Positions 50,848 through 62,036 of a stretch of 64,000 nt of DNA are shown piece by piece. The position numbers were made by a program, and so were the translations under genes. This DNA comes from a virus: positions 32,001 through 96,000 of IMG/VR virus record IMGVR_UViG_3300042914_003763. One strand, given 5' to 3'. The first letter of the stretch is position 1. The number at the start of each line of letters is the position of its first letter. The notes beneath the pieces were generated by a model that was not told the DNA's origin, did no database searches, and saw only the letters and a program-made list of their open reading frames with translations.

Positions 50848-51813
50848 TTAGCTAGGTATTGGTTCGAGTTTCTTTTTAGCTTGTTCTATATCAGTAACAA
50901 GTATTTTACCTTTAGTACGAATATCATCTTCTGTGATATTAGTAAAGTCTGTTGTTACAAAAGGATGATCTTTACCTGTTACATCTTTGTATTCAGCTAA
51001 CTTCTTGTTGAACAAATCTAATAACTTAACTTCTACGCCTTGATCTAAGTAATATTTGATTTCAGCTACAGCACGTTTAGCGTTCCATTGTTCAATTTCA
51101 TCTGCTTCGTAAGGAGGAATAACAAATTGCTTATCACGAAAATAGTTAATTCTAGGTGGTTTAGTATTACGTATTACTTGAGCGTCTCTACCTTGTTTAT
51201 CTGTTAATAAGCTAAACTCTAATGCGATATGAAATTCATATTCAATGTCAGCTTTGAAAACAGGAGCTAAACCAACTTTAACAGCTTTAGTCCGGGTCTT
51301 ACCTGTTTTATCAATGTATTCTTCCATGATTGTGTCAGACTTAACACGCGAAGTAACAATCACATGAGCAGTTTTAGATGAAGTAATTGTTTCTCTAGCT
51401 TTAGCTATCTTAGGCGTTACAGTTCCCCAAGCATCTTGAGTTTTTGCTTTATTACCGTTTGTTATTTTATTAACCTCATCTAATGCTCCACCGAGTCCTT
51501 CCCAATACTTAGAGATGGTATCAATAATTATTACACCACCTTCGCCTACAAATGCTTCAGCTTCCTTAAATGCCTTAACTAATGAATCCATTGAAAAAGG
51601 TGCATCAACAGGTAGCACATTAAAATCAGGAAACAAATCTAAAGCACCTGAACTATTTTCATTTTCAGTATCAATTACAACTACTTTATCGGAACTAGGT
51701 GCTAATAATGTAGCTATTTCAATTGCAGTAGTAGTTTTACCTGAACCACTAAGTCCGTAGAAAAACAAGCGAGCTTTTTGTTGACGTTTTGTTGCACGAC
51801 GAATCGATCCCAT
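50848..51813 (-). CDS. Sak4-like (AAA_24) ssDNA-annealing ATPase
   Basis: GLSGSGKT, VIDTE, IIDTIS..W, EYEF; adjacent to SSB and exonuclease. Confidence 0.85.
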   Translation of the reverse strand: MGSIRRATKRQQKARLFFYGLSGSGKTTTAIEIATLLAPSSDKVVVIDTENENSSGALDLFPDFNVLPVDAPFSMDSLVKAFKEAEAFVGEGGVIIIDTISKYWEGLGGALDEVNKITNGNKAKTQDAWGTVTPKIAKARETITSSKTAHVIVTSRVKSDTIMEEYIDKTGKTRTKAVKVGLAPVFKADIEYEFHIALEFSLLTDKQGRDAQVIRNTKPPRINYFRDKQFVIPPYEADEIEQWNAKRAVAEIKYYLDQGVEVKLLDLFNKKLAEYKDVTGKDHPFVTTDFTNITEDDIRTKGKILVTDIEQAKKKLEPIPS

Positions 51814-51917
51814 TATGATTCTCCTATTCTTTTTACGGTGTAACTTTTATGTTGCTGTTTCTTACAAAAGACTTTAATAAGGTACAGTACCAGATTAACT
51901 CAACTATTATAACCGGA

Positions 51918-52385
51918 TTATGCTGCTAAAAATTCATCAAGTGCTAACTTATCTTGATAATCTTTCCATAATTGCATTAGTTGTGGATACTTGTATTGAG
52001 GCGGAATATTATCTTCTTTTCCTCCTAACCAAGCATTAAACGTTCTGTTAGTAGTTAACATAGCAACAGCAACACTACATGGATTATGTAACCAAGTAAC
52101 AAGTAATCTAGCATCATCGGTTATTTGATTACGAACTCCTGTATCAACAAGACGTTGACTTCCTAACTCAACATAGAATACGCGATTGTTACTTCTTTGT
52201 TGCAGTAGAGATTTTGGTTTATCTACCATAACTAAGATATCTTTAGTTCTAGTCCACATTTTGTTATTGTAATAAGTTGTAAATGGATTAGGTAAGTTAA
52301 CCCAGTTAGCGTATTTACTTATAACATCAGTTGCTAATTTATCTTTAGTAAGTAATTGAATAGTGATATTGTTAATTGTTGTCAT
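51918..52385 (-). CDS. Hypothetical protein ending -FLAA
   Basis: ORF from MTTINN after GGAGA. Confidence 0.6.
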   Translation of the reverse strand: MTTINNITIQLLTKDKLATDVISKYANWVNLPNPFTTYYNNKMWTRTKDILVMVDKPKSLLQQRSNNRVFYVELGSQRLVDTGVRNQITDDARLLVTWLHNPCSVAVAMLTTNRTFNAWLGGKEDNIPPQYKYPQLMQLWKDYQDKLALDEFLAA

Positions 52386-52709
52386 GATAATGTATCTCCA
52401 AATAATATTAATAAGAGATAGAAAAATGGGTGCGTTTTTAACACCCATTAATATTCCTTTCCCTCCACTCTTAACTATCTATCAACATAGTCCCAACATA
52501 TGCAAATTTTAAATCACAAAAAAAATCCCCTTTCCAATTCACAATATACTTCGTGTATATCGCCTATGAAGTTACCTGCTTTATCTGTTTCAATTAATAT
52601 GAAATCATCTTCATCGTTATGAAACAACTTCCAATTATCTTTACCAAACATGAAATCACACATTGCGCTGATTAAACCTTTAACTTGTAATTCAGTCATT
52701 TTCTACCTT

Positions 52710-53786
52710 TTAATAAACTAATTGCATTTTATGTTTGAAGATATTAACAGCAGTAGGTTCAACTGTTACAAGGAATTTCTTATCTGGAATACCTGTTTCT
52801 TCATCACCGTATTCAGTAATTACACACTTCGTAGTAGTTAATACCTTAGTTATATCACCATAATTCAAACCTTCAACTATAAATGAATCTAATAAATCAT
52901 AGTTACTATTAACTCTGAAACTTTTCTTACATAATAAATCAGCAGATACAATTTTGTTTAATATTAAACATTCTGCTAACTTATTATCTTCTAATATTTG
53001 TTGAATAGTAACTAGAAAGTGTTGTTCGTTGTAATCTAAGTTCATATCTTCAATTAACTTAGATGGTAAATCTTTGTGCATATTAACTTCATTAATTAAA
53101 GAAGTAATAGCATCAATAGTTAGATAACTTAACTTACCTATTGTCTCAAGTAAGTCGTCTCTGTATTCTTGATACAGTAATAAATCATCCACAATCTCAA
53201 ATATTGCACTATCAGGTAATCTATCAAACTTTTTATGATATCTAATACGTCCAGGTCTATTAAGTAAGTTATCATCAATTCGTAATTCATTAGTCGTAAA
53301 CAAGAACAATCTCTTATGTACATTAGTGTTAATACCATCTAATAAAGATAACACTTCGCTAACATTATCATCTTCTTCCTGATCGTATATCTTTTCAAAT
53401 TCATCAAAGAATACAATAAGTTCCTGTTGTATTTCGTTAATAAAGTCAGGCATATTAATAAATCTTGCATTAACTATAACAACAGGTAATTGTAATTGAT
53501 TACAAATCATCTTAGCCGTAACAGATTTAGATGTACCTTTCATTCCTGAAAGTAATACACCTACGTTGTTATCTACTTTATTCCAAGTTGTAACCACCTT
53601 ATCTATAAAAGGTGTATTTAGATCATACAATTTAGAAGGTAAAATAAAAGTTTCTGATTGCTTATCTAAAAACAACCCAAACTTACATTCTTTTAATAAA
53701 TAAACACCAGCTTCTAATTCATTTATTTCGGTGTTCTTGTTGTTGTAGAAAAAAGAATTACCACTTAATTGCCATACTTTAGTCAT
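52710..53786 (-). CDS. Classical-clade AAA+ ATPase
   Basis: GMKGTSKS (variant Walker A), FFDEFEK, TTN, NRPGR. Confidence 0.85.
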   Translation of the reverse strand: MTKVWQLSGNSFFYNNKNTEINELEAGVYLLKECKFGLFLDKQSETFILPSKLYDLNTPFIDKVVTTWNKVDNNVGVLLSGMKGTSKSVTAKMICNQLQLPVVIVNARFINMPDFINEIQQELIVFFDEFEKIYDQEEDDNVSEVLSLLDGINTNVHKRLFLFTTNELRIDDNLLNRPGRIRYHKKFDRLPDSAIFEIVDDLLLYQEYRDDLLETIGKLSYLTIDAITSLINEVNMHKDLPSKLIEDMNLDYNEQHFLVTIQQILEDNKLAECLILNKIVSADLLCKKSFRVNSNYDLLDSFIVEGLNYGDITKVLTTTKCVITEYGDEETGIPDKKFLVTVEPTAVNIFKHKMQLVY

Positions 53787-53856
53787 GATATTTATGTCCA
53801 ATTATTTAATTTACCTGGATAGAAATGCAAGGGCGACTAAAACCGTCCATTATATA

Positions 53857-56530
53857 TTACAGTAGTGATTCTAGTTGCGTTATTAATTTAAGTTTTTCAT
53901 CGTTATCATGTACTAATAACTGAAGATCCCCTCTTAAATCGTCCATTTCATATTCAATATCATTTTTCTTTTCTTCTAATTCATCTATTCTATTTTGTAT
54001 TTGAGTTATTTCTTCTTTATTGTTAGCGATTATTTGTCTTAACTTATCAATTGGACTAACATCTAAATCATCAATACATCTTAATTTAATGTCGTAGTTC
54101 AACAAAATGCAAACAATACTACGATAACTAAGTTCCCAAGTATCTTGTTTATTCTTACTCGATCCTTGTTCAAGTAGAAATTCCTTATTTCTATTAAGGT
54201 AAGGATATAGTGTTATTTTCTCATATTTGATATGAGTACGTAATACCTTTAATAAGTTACCAACTTTTCTTAGTTCATGTATTTGTAGGTTAAGATCGCT
54301 GCATAACCATTTACGATTATAAAACAATAACTCTTCAGCAACATCTTCTGTTAATTTAGCTATGTCAAATGTAATTTCCATTTTTTCTACCTCTTATTTA
54401 CTGGCTAACCATTCTAATTCTAATTCAGTAAACACGTTAATCAAGTAACCACTTGTAGCTATATATTCGTTACAGTTACTATCAACTGTTTCATCTTTAC
54501 ACCAAACTTCACAATAATCATCTTCATCAACATCTATTCTATTAACGTAATCAGAATAAACTTCTCTAGCTAACAACTCAATATAGTTAGTTAGCTGTTC
54601 CTTCGTTAGTGTAATCATGTTATTAATCCTAATACTTTAGCAAACCTTGTTATCTCATCTGGTTTAATATGATGACAACCTGCAACAATACCTTTACGAC
54701 TAATGTGATTAACCTTGTAACTACCTACTTGAATAGTTTCACTATAAACCTCATTATATTTAACACAACGTTGATATAACTTGAATAACATTTCACATGA
54801 ATCAACAGGAAAGGTTGCACCTTTACTTGTTTCAACTACATCAAAGTAAAGGCGTAAGTAAATATTATCACAATAACAGTAAGGGATATTAACAGGTTTA
54901 CCATCTAACCAATCATGAAACTGCTCTTTATAATACTCTAAATCAAGTGCTAATTTAGTAGCTTTTTCTTCTTCTTCCTTACGTAACCTATCTTCATGTT
55001 CAATTGCTAATTTAACTAATAACTCATCTAGTTGTGTTTCATCTATTCTTTCAAGATGACTAGCATTGAAAAAGCCTATTAGTTGATTAGCTTTAACTAA
55101 ATAACTCTTAGATTGTTCACATAGATAAAGTTTATTTTTTCTAGCTCTATTAGACTTACTTTGTAATTCAGTAGCTTTTTCTATGTAATAGTTGTAGATA
55201 AAATCAACTTCTACGTTTGATGGTGCTAATAAAGGTTTGCTGTTATAATAACCTCTACCGCTTTCATATGTAAACACTTTTAAATGACTACACGCTAGAA
55301 TTATAGATGATTGATGTTTTTTTGTTGTATTACTGAATGGTTCTACATCTACAACTACACATTCTTCACCTTTACTATTACTACGAAATGCAGCTATTTC
55401 TGTACTATAACTATAAAAACTTTTACCCTCAAGCCTAACAGTGGTGTTGTAATTAGCCGCATAATCTTGTGATTGATTAGCAAATAAATGAGCTACTTCA
55501 GCTTGTTTAACTACTGTTCTAACCATGATAATATTCCTGTAATAAAGTTAATGAAATAGAAAAAAATAAGAGGGTTATAAACACCTTCTTATTTAATAAC
55601 TATTTAACTACTCTTTGTTGTCATATATTTCTTGTAACTTAGGTAAATCTTCAACGGTTAAATCGTAATCTTCTAATGGGAAATCTTCTCGTAAATAATC
55701 TTTCTCGTCTAAAGCATTTAACATTTTAGTAATATTACTATCATTGCTGTAAGTAGGTATAACTATTTTCAAAGGTTTATCGCTGTGTACATACCCAACT
55801 GATATTTCACCTGGTAGATATTTGAAACAACTACTATCATTAGACCTAATAGGTAACTTATGAAAATTCCAAATAAGTCCATATTCTCTACCGGAAGAAC
55901 GTTCAGGTTCTAACCACCAATCATTACCTACTAAAACTAAAGTATTGTTTTTGCAGTAATCTATTAAATCTAATGATGTATATTCAAACTCACACGAATT
56001 TACTGCTAGTAATTTAAGTACCCATTTAAAATCTTCCCAAGGACAACTAAACTTACCATCTTTACTACCAATCCATAAAATGTCATCGGTGGTTAGTTTA
56101 TGTTTAGATAAGACATCTTTAAGGTCTATGCTGAAAAAATCTTTAAAATCAAAATACATATACAACTCCTTTATTATTTACCTAATCCAAATTCACTTAA
56201 CTTATAACCATCTTTTCTTTTTGGAACTACATATACATCTATGTTGTAATTAAGATTGTACATAAAATCCTTGGCTTGTTCTTCTGTTACACCACTGACT
56301 GTTATTACTATATTTTCAAAATTAGTAGTAACAACAAGTTGCTTATCAAAATCATAGTAAATAGCACTAATATAGTTAATCTTCATATCATCATCTCTCC
56401 AAGTTTCTAACCAATTACCATCAACGTCATTAACAAATTGTCTTATACCATCAACACCATAAGTTAATCTTGAATCTTGTAGTTGACGTGCAAATTCAAG
56501 ATGTTGTTGTAGTTCACTAATCATAATCAA
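53857..56530 (-). other. Early hypothetical ORFs (53857-54381, 54394-54618, 54615-55526, 55608-56165, 56174-56530)
   Basis: Co-oriented ORFs; 54615-55526 has FYSYST.IA and VETSKGA motifs recalled from other phages. Confidence 0.6.
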
Positions 56531-56588
56531 GAGATAGAAAAATAAGGGGTGAATTAGTGTATATCACCCATTATATTGCATTAACTAA

Positions 56589-56819
56589 TTAACTATTTTC
56601 TTTTATAAAATTCAACCAATTATCTACTTCAGTAACATACTTTTCTTTCAACTCTTCAAATGAATTACCGTATGCAAAGAGAAATACTCCGTCGTCATTT
56701 TCTTCACCAATATAAAGTGCATACCATGAATAAGTATGATTTTTTGTTTCAACAACTACAGCATCATAACCTTTGTATGAAATGGTTAGTCTTTTAATTC
56801 CTTCAACGTTATTACTCAT
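56589..56819 (-). CDS. HicB-like antitoxin N-terminal domain (orphan)
   Basis: YKGY......G.SFEELKE.Y...VD.WL.F pattern. Confidence 0.65.
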   Translation of the reverse strand: MSNNVEGIKRLTISYKGYDAVVVETKNHTYSWYALYIGEENDDGVFLFAYGNSFEELKEKYVTEVDNWLNFIKENS

Positions 56820-56821
56820 TT

Positions 56822-57097
56822 CTATCTCACTTCTTCTAATGTTACAGTAAGTTCTTTTTGTTCTAATTTAACTCGATAAGATAATGCAGTAGAATAATCA
56901 GTTGTTATTACAATAGCTCTACCATTAGTAAGTGCTTCTTGAATTATCTTATCGGCAACATCGTAATCATATTTCAATACACTCATTAGTACCTCAACAA
57001 CATACATAGCAGATAAACTACTATCTTCATGTAGTATGATATGCCAGTTGTTATCGTAGTTTGGTTTGATAGACAACAACTCAAATAATGTTTGCAT
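56822..57097 (-). CDS. clpS: ClpS-like protease adaptor
   Basis: IILHED...YVVEVL...A..II.EA...GRAIV...A..Y...L...LTVTLE aligns by eye with ClpS. Confidence 0.75.
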   Translation of the reverse strand: MQTLFELLSIKPNYDNNWHIILHEDSSLSAMYVVEVLMSVLKYDYDVADKIIQEALTNGRAIVITTDYSTALSYRVKLEQKELTVTLEEVR

Positions 57098-57118
57098 AAC
57101 TAACTCCTGTTATGTGTA

Positions 57119-58969
57119 TTAGCTATTAACGTAATCGTACATTTCCCAACACAACTCTATCAAATCATATTGAGATAAAATAGAATTATCGTGACAATAA
57201 TCACTAATACTATTTATTAATTCAATAACATCAATCCATTTTTTAGGATACATATTAACACTAAAATTAGGATCTACTAATCCTTCAGTTGCAATATCAT
57301 AGAACTTGTTAGCTAATATCCAGATGTCACGATTAGCTAGTTTAATAGCCTCATCGTTATTGTCAGTCATATAACAATAACGATTTTCTAGTATTTCATA
57401 TTTAACAATACTAGGAATTATTTTCTCTATCAGTTTAATCTTATTCCACTTAACATCGTTACTATTCATATGTCATCAATACCTGCTTGTAGTAATGCCT
57501 CTTTGTAAATGTACAACTTATTGTAAGTTGTACGTAACTTCTTAGATGTCTTATTCCACCACAAGTTAAACTTAGCTTCTTGTTCCAAGATGGTTTCTTC
57601 TACATTTTCAACATAAGCTAAGTTAACATAAGTTTGTTTATGTTCCTTCTGTAAGTAGATATCATTAATAATCCTCTCACATTGTCTGATGATAGCTTTA
57701 GCTTCACTAACTGTAGTTACTTCAGGTAGTTCATCTGGTGACGGACTATCAATTTCAGCATTGATAGGAATATTAATAATTCGTTGTTTTATGATTGGTT
57801 TATCTTTAAGCATAACAATTAAAAAGGGTGCTATTAACACCCTATAATAAACTAACTAAATCAATTAAACAGCACTACTTCTGGTGCGTTTGGTGCGTCC
57901 TGTTGTTGTTACTTCTGGATCGCTTTCATCGGTTGTTACTTCAGGTTGAGGTTCAATTACTTCACTTTTTTCTACCTTTTGATTATCTTCAACTAAAGGT
58001 AGTTCTTCACCTGTTACTATCGGTTCACTAACATCTTCACCTTCAACTTCAAACTCAACTTCATCAGGTTTAAGTGTTTCGATGAGTGCAGTTATTCTTC
58101 CACCATTATCTCGATCACCCCAACCACGTTCTTTCTCTGTGACCCAATGTATACCCCGTACACAATCCATCACATCGTAGATTTTGAGATCATCTAATTC
58201 GATTAACTGTTTCGCTTTATCTGCAACTTCAGCATCAATCAGTAAAGATAAAGCGGTAATTAATACCAACATTTTAGCTAAGTCTTGCCTATCACTTTTT
58301 GATGGTAAAGATGATAATACATAATCCTTAATGTCAATCTTTCTAGCTACTGCTGTACCAACACGTCTACGGCTAGTAGTAGCCATCAACTCGAAATTTG
58401 CATCTTCAAAGTCTTTCTTAGTTCTAGCAATAATATCTTCTGGAACTCCATAACTTCTCATGTTATCCAGTGCTACCAATTGTTCAGGACGTAACATAAT
58501 TTCTTCTCTGTTAATGGACATGAATATCTAACTCCTTATATATTACTTGATAAAACGGTAGAAAACAATGGGTTAATAAGAACTAACTCATATAACCACT
58601 ATAACCGCACCAAATTGAACTTATTAACTCACCCCTATTGGATAATCGTTTAGGTTTTTGGTTCATCTCGCTGATATAACGATTATAATGGTTTAACTGT
58701 ATCTCGTACAATGTTGGTATTTTTATATCTCTAACTCGCTCAACCCTCATCTTATGCCAAACTAACTGAACTCGAAGTGGTATAAACTCTTTCATATACC
58801 AATCGCATATTTTTTCTACCTCTTGTTCTTGTTTTCGTTGTTGTTTAATTAAGCTAACATGATATGCAAATTGAATTACAGCTTCTTCTTCAATTGGTTT
58901 CAATATCATGATAGATGGAAACTTCATGTAAGCAGCATACTCAGAAGTAGCACTTGGTATTTGAAACAT
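57119..58969 (-). other. Hypothetical ORFs (57119-57469, 57466-57840, 57865-58521, 58583-58969)
   Basis: Co-oriented ORFs downstream of the Ubl module. Confidence 0.6.
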
Positions 58970-59022
58970 GATTTAAGTAAGGATGTAGTAGTATGTTGAC
59001 GCTGTGTGTGAGAAGCTAGTGT

Positions 59023-59808
59023 TTAGGCTATTGTAATTGGTTCATCAATATCCATACCTGTAATAATTTGATCACCAATCGGATGTCTCCACGCCCATTC
59101 ACATCTAGGTAACAATTTACCGTATTCCATTAAATGAAAGAATACATCGTACCCAAACTGTGATGTACGTTCGTTAGCGGCTAGAGTTTGAGGTTCACTA
59201 ACATGATTAGTATCACAACTACCACCCACTCTAGGCATATTACCAATACTCATATCTATCATATTTGGATACAATATGCGCGGATCTGAACCATATAAAA
59301 TTTTATTATGATTCATGGTAGTAACACATTGTCCGAAAGTTGTTGAGTTACCCATATCAATCAATGTCCAATTTTTTGGCTTATTCAAAGCTTCATTGTT
59401 ATTAGGATCGCCTTTCAAATACTCCCAAAATAACTTACGTGTAGGATTGTTATCTACACATAAGAATATTAGAGTTTGTGTATAGCTACTTAACTTTTCA
59501 ATCAGTAAAAAATGTACAGAAGATATGTTATTAACATAACTGTTATAATAATCAAAATTGCGTGATCTATTACTTAACATACCGTAACATTCTGCCAATA
59601 CTTTGGCTTTAGGTTTGCCGATATCACGTGCATAAAACATCTGACGTGATATGTTTTTCTCTTCAACTACATCTTCATCTACTAAAAAAATAGCAGGATT
59701 AATATTCTGACTAACAATGTAGTTACATAACTTAGCTAGTAACCTACTACCATTACCACCACATCCTATTATGACAATATTAAAAAATTCTTTTTTTAAC
59801 TTAATCAT
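59023..59808 (-). CDS. E1/ThiF-family ubiquitin-like activating enzyme
   Basis: GCGGNGS, DEDVVEEKNISRQ, GKPKA, CVDN, IDMGN, candidate catalytic SC, Q.L.AN. Confidence 0.92.
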   Translation of the reverse strand: MIKLKKEFFNIVIIGCGGNGSRLLAKLCNYIVSQNINPAIFLVDEDVVEEKNISRQMFYARDIGKPKAKVLAECYGMLSNRSRNFDYYNSYVNNISSVHFLLIEKLSSYTQTLIFLCVDNNPTRKLFWEYLKGDPNNNEALNKPKNWTLIDMGNSTTFGQCVTTMNHNKILYGSDPRILYPNMIDMSIGNMPRVGGSCDTNHVSEPQTLAANERTSQFGYDVFFHLMEYGKLLPRCEWAWRHPIGDQIITGMDIDEPITIA

Positions 59809-59817
59809 TGTATTCTC

Positions 59818-60657
59818 CTAAAGTATTTCTAAGTAATTACCTTCTGTCAACTCAATGAAATATGAATCGCTATCTGGTTCATTATCAGTTAGATAGTAAC
59901 TGCGATTAGTAAAATCCAAATAGTGTCGTTCTGGACGTTCATCCAACCATTCGTAACTTATATCTATGTAGTATGAAATATAATCTTCATCCTCATCCTC
60001 ATCATCATCAGCAAATACTAACTTATTAGGACTCCACTCTCTAAGTAACTGCTCAACTGTAGGATGAACAACTTCACCATTTATATACAACGACGGTCTG
60101 TAATCGCCGTTTCTAATACAATCCCAAAAATTGTTGTAGGTTTTGTTAATATTTAACTCATCAATCTCTACAGTACCAGTACACCAACTACCTACTGATC
60201 TTTCAACATTACTCAAAGATAAAGCAACGGCTTTATCTTCATGTTCAGTTAAGAAGTAATAAGTATTTCCATCAAAGATCATTAGATGTTCAGGTATATC
60301 TCTTTCGACAAATCCTATAAATTCACTTTGCTTAATTGCACTTTTCCTTTTACAGTTATCATTACGATAAACATTAATACCACCTATACAATCATCGTAT
60401 AAACGGTATGAACAATCCATACAATTCCGCCAATAAAAATCAACAAATGACTTATCGTAATACTTTAAGTTAACGTTAGTTAATGCCTCCATTTGGAACA
60501 TGATTATACCGTCATTATTGATATCTACATAGTCTTCTTCTGTTACGTAATCATCTTCTTCATCACACCATACTGTCTTTCCTTGGTACTCACTGGCGAA
60601 TGAATACGCAACGAAAGCATTTTTACAATTAGCAGGTAGAATAAGTTCCTTTCTCAT
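59818..60657 (-). CDS. Prokaryotic E2-like conjugating protein
   Basis: LSNV....GSWCTG...FW...N.D resembles Prok-E2 family D; lies between JAB and E1. Confidence 0.65.
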   Translation of the reverse strand: MRKELILPANCKNAFVAYSFASEYQGKTVWCDEEDDYVTEEDYVDINNDGIIMFQMEALTNVNLKYYDKSFVDFYWRNCMDCSYRLYDDCIGGINVYRNDNCKRKSAIKQSEFIGFVERDIPEHLMIFDGNTYYFLTEHEDKAVALSLSNVERSVGSWCTGTVEIDELNINKTYNNFWDCIRNGDYRPSLYINGEVVHPTVEQLLREWSPNKLVFADDDEDEDEDYISYYIDISYEWLDERPERHYLDFTNRSYYLTDNEPDSDSYFIELTEGNYLEIL

Positions 60658-61568
60658 TACACAACTCCTTCTTTTTCTAACTTAGCTATTGCTACTTTAA
60701 CTTTATCTAATCCAAACTCTTGAACTAAATATCGCATTTCATCTTCAACACCCCAAGCACTGAAACTTCTTGTGTCAAACAATTCAAAACCATAATCATA
60801 ATAATTAACTACGGCTTTCTTCTTACTGCCTTTAGGTAGCCAACTGTACCAATGTTCAGTAGAGGGTTGTACAACTTGATTTATGTATTGCCTAATTACT
60901 TGATGTACGTTGTTATGATAATCAGTTTCAACGATCATAGCAACGTCAGCATTGAAGCTTATATCGCTAACAATTCCAGATATAGCCGAATCAGGTAGAA
61001 AAAAGCGTTTATTCTGTTTATTCTTACCATCATTACCTACTACAGTAAAACACCATTTATAGGTGCGATTAACTAAGTCAATATTACTGATTACACAGTA
61101 ACCTTGCTTAATGTGCAACTCATCCTTATCATCAACACCAGATGGATGTTTGATTTGCATCGTATTGTGACTATGAATATGCCAGATATTATCATAATTT
61201 GGTAGGTCAGCAGGATACGACAATGATCTACCTGTCTCTAAATCAACACATGATTGATAATTATAATTGGCACTACCACCTGTAACCATCTGAGTAGGAA
61301 TGATAACTTTCCAGTCATTACGGTATTCATCAAAAATGATTCGAGAATGCACCTCTAAGTCTTGTTCGGCATAATCAAGGAATAGTGTCATCAACTTATT
61401 CCATAAATCGTTAGGAACTTTAGGTAAATTAGGATTAAGTTCAAATATTCCCATTACATAATCATCTATACCATCTTCATAAGGTTGATATACAAGATGA
61501 TTACCATAGTAGGTTTCAAGTTGTGCTATTGTTTCACCAGTCTTCAATCTTAAATTTGTGTTTGTCAT
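60657..61568 (-). CDS. JAB/MPN+ metallopeptidase (de-ubiquitinase-like)
   Basis: Upstream Glu (DLEV), IP.Q.V, HIHSHNTM...PSGVDD.DE. Confidence 0.9.
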   Translation of the reverse strand: MTNTNLRLKTGETIAQLETYYGNHLVYQPYEDGIDDYVMGIFELNPNLPKVPNDLWNKLMTLFLDYAEQDLEVHSRIIFDEYRNDWKVIIPTQMVTGGSANYNYQSCVDLETGRSLSYPADLPNYDNIWHIHSHNTMQIKHPSGVDDKDELHIKQGYCVISNIDLVNRTYKWCFTVVGNDGKNKQNKRFFLPDSAISGIVSDISFNADVAMIVETDYHNNVHQVIRQYINQVVQPSTEHWYSWLPKGSKKKAVVNYYDYGFELFDTRSFSAWGVEDEMRYLVQEFGLDKVKVAIAKLEKEGVV

Positions 61569-61592
61569 GATATGTCTCTAATTAGGTGAGCG

Positions 61593-61628
61593 AAAAAGAA
61601 AGGGGCGATCTAATGACCTACCCCTATT
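61593..61628 (-). terminator. Terminator between Ubl genes and JAB
   Basis: On - strand GGGG-TAGGTC-ATTA-GATC-GCCCC then TTTCTTTTT. Confidence 0.55.
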
Positions 61629-61640
61629 GATTACATCATG

Positions 61641-61943
61641 TTAGCCAGCAACACCCGCAGAAAAGCTCACTGCATAGCGTGTACCATTAACGTACTTGCT
61701 ATTGACATCAATAGCTACACCATTAGCAACAACAGTATATTCACGATTGATATCAGTACCACTTAATTTAGCAGCTGATTCAATAACATCTTTCACTGTT
61801 ACTTCATCTTTAATTTTAATTTCTCTCATATCAGCGACAGAGAATTTAACGTTAACTACAGCTTCACCATTGAACTCAGTTGTAACTTCTTGTTGTTGAG
61901 AAGCTTTAGCAGCCGCAGCGAATAAACGGGAAAATAAAGACAT
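61641..61943 (-). CDS. Ubiquitin-like protein 2
   Basis: Start MSLFSRLF after GGAG; beta-grasp pattern (TVKDVIE..., NG..ID); ends SAGVAG. Confidence 0.8.
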   Translation of the reverse strand: MSLFSRLFAAAAKASQQQEVTTEFNGEAVVNVKFSVADMREIKIKDEVTVKDVIESAAKLSGTDINREYTVVANGVAIDVNSKYVNGTRYAVSFSAGVAG

Positions 61944-62036
61944 AACGTACTCCAATTAAATAGGGTAGAACATTGTTATAGTAATCAGTTACGTGAGGAA
62001 ACACTATGTAACCGTCTAGTTAACCGATTTAATTAA

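Noticed and set aside
59023-59808. ThiF as a thiamine/molybdopterin biosynthesis enzyme
   Set aside because: No ThiG/MoaE/rhodanese neighbours; E2-like and JAB partners point to protein conjugation.
32969-61899. Short + strand ORFs in the early block (32969, 33209, 36415, 40439, 44552, 44965, 50081, 51515, 57828, 61696)
   Set aside because: Antisense to well-supported genes, with no RBS or recognisable motifs.
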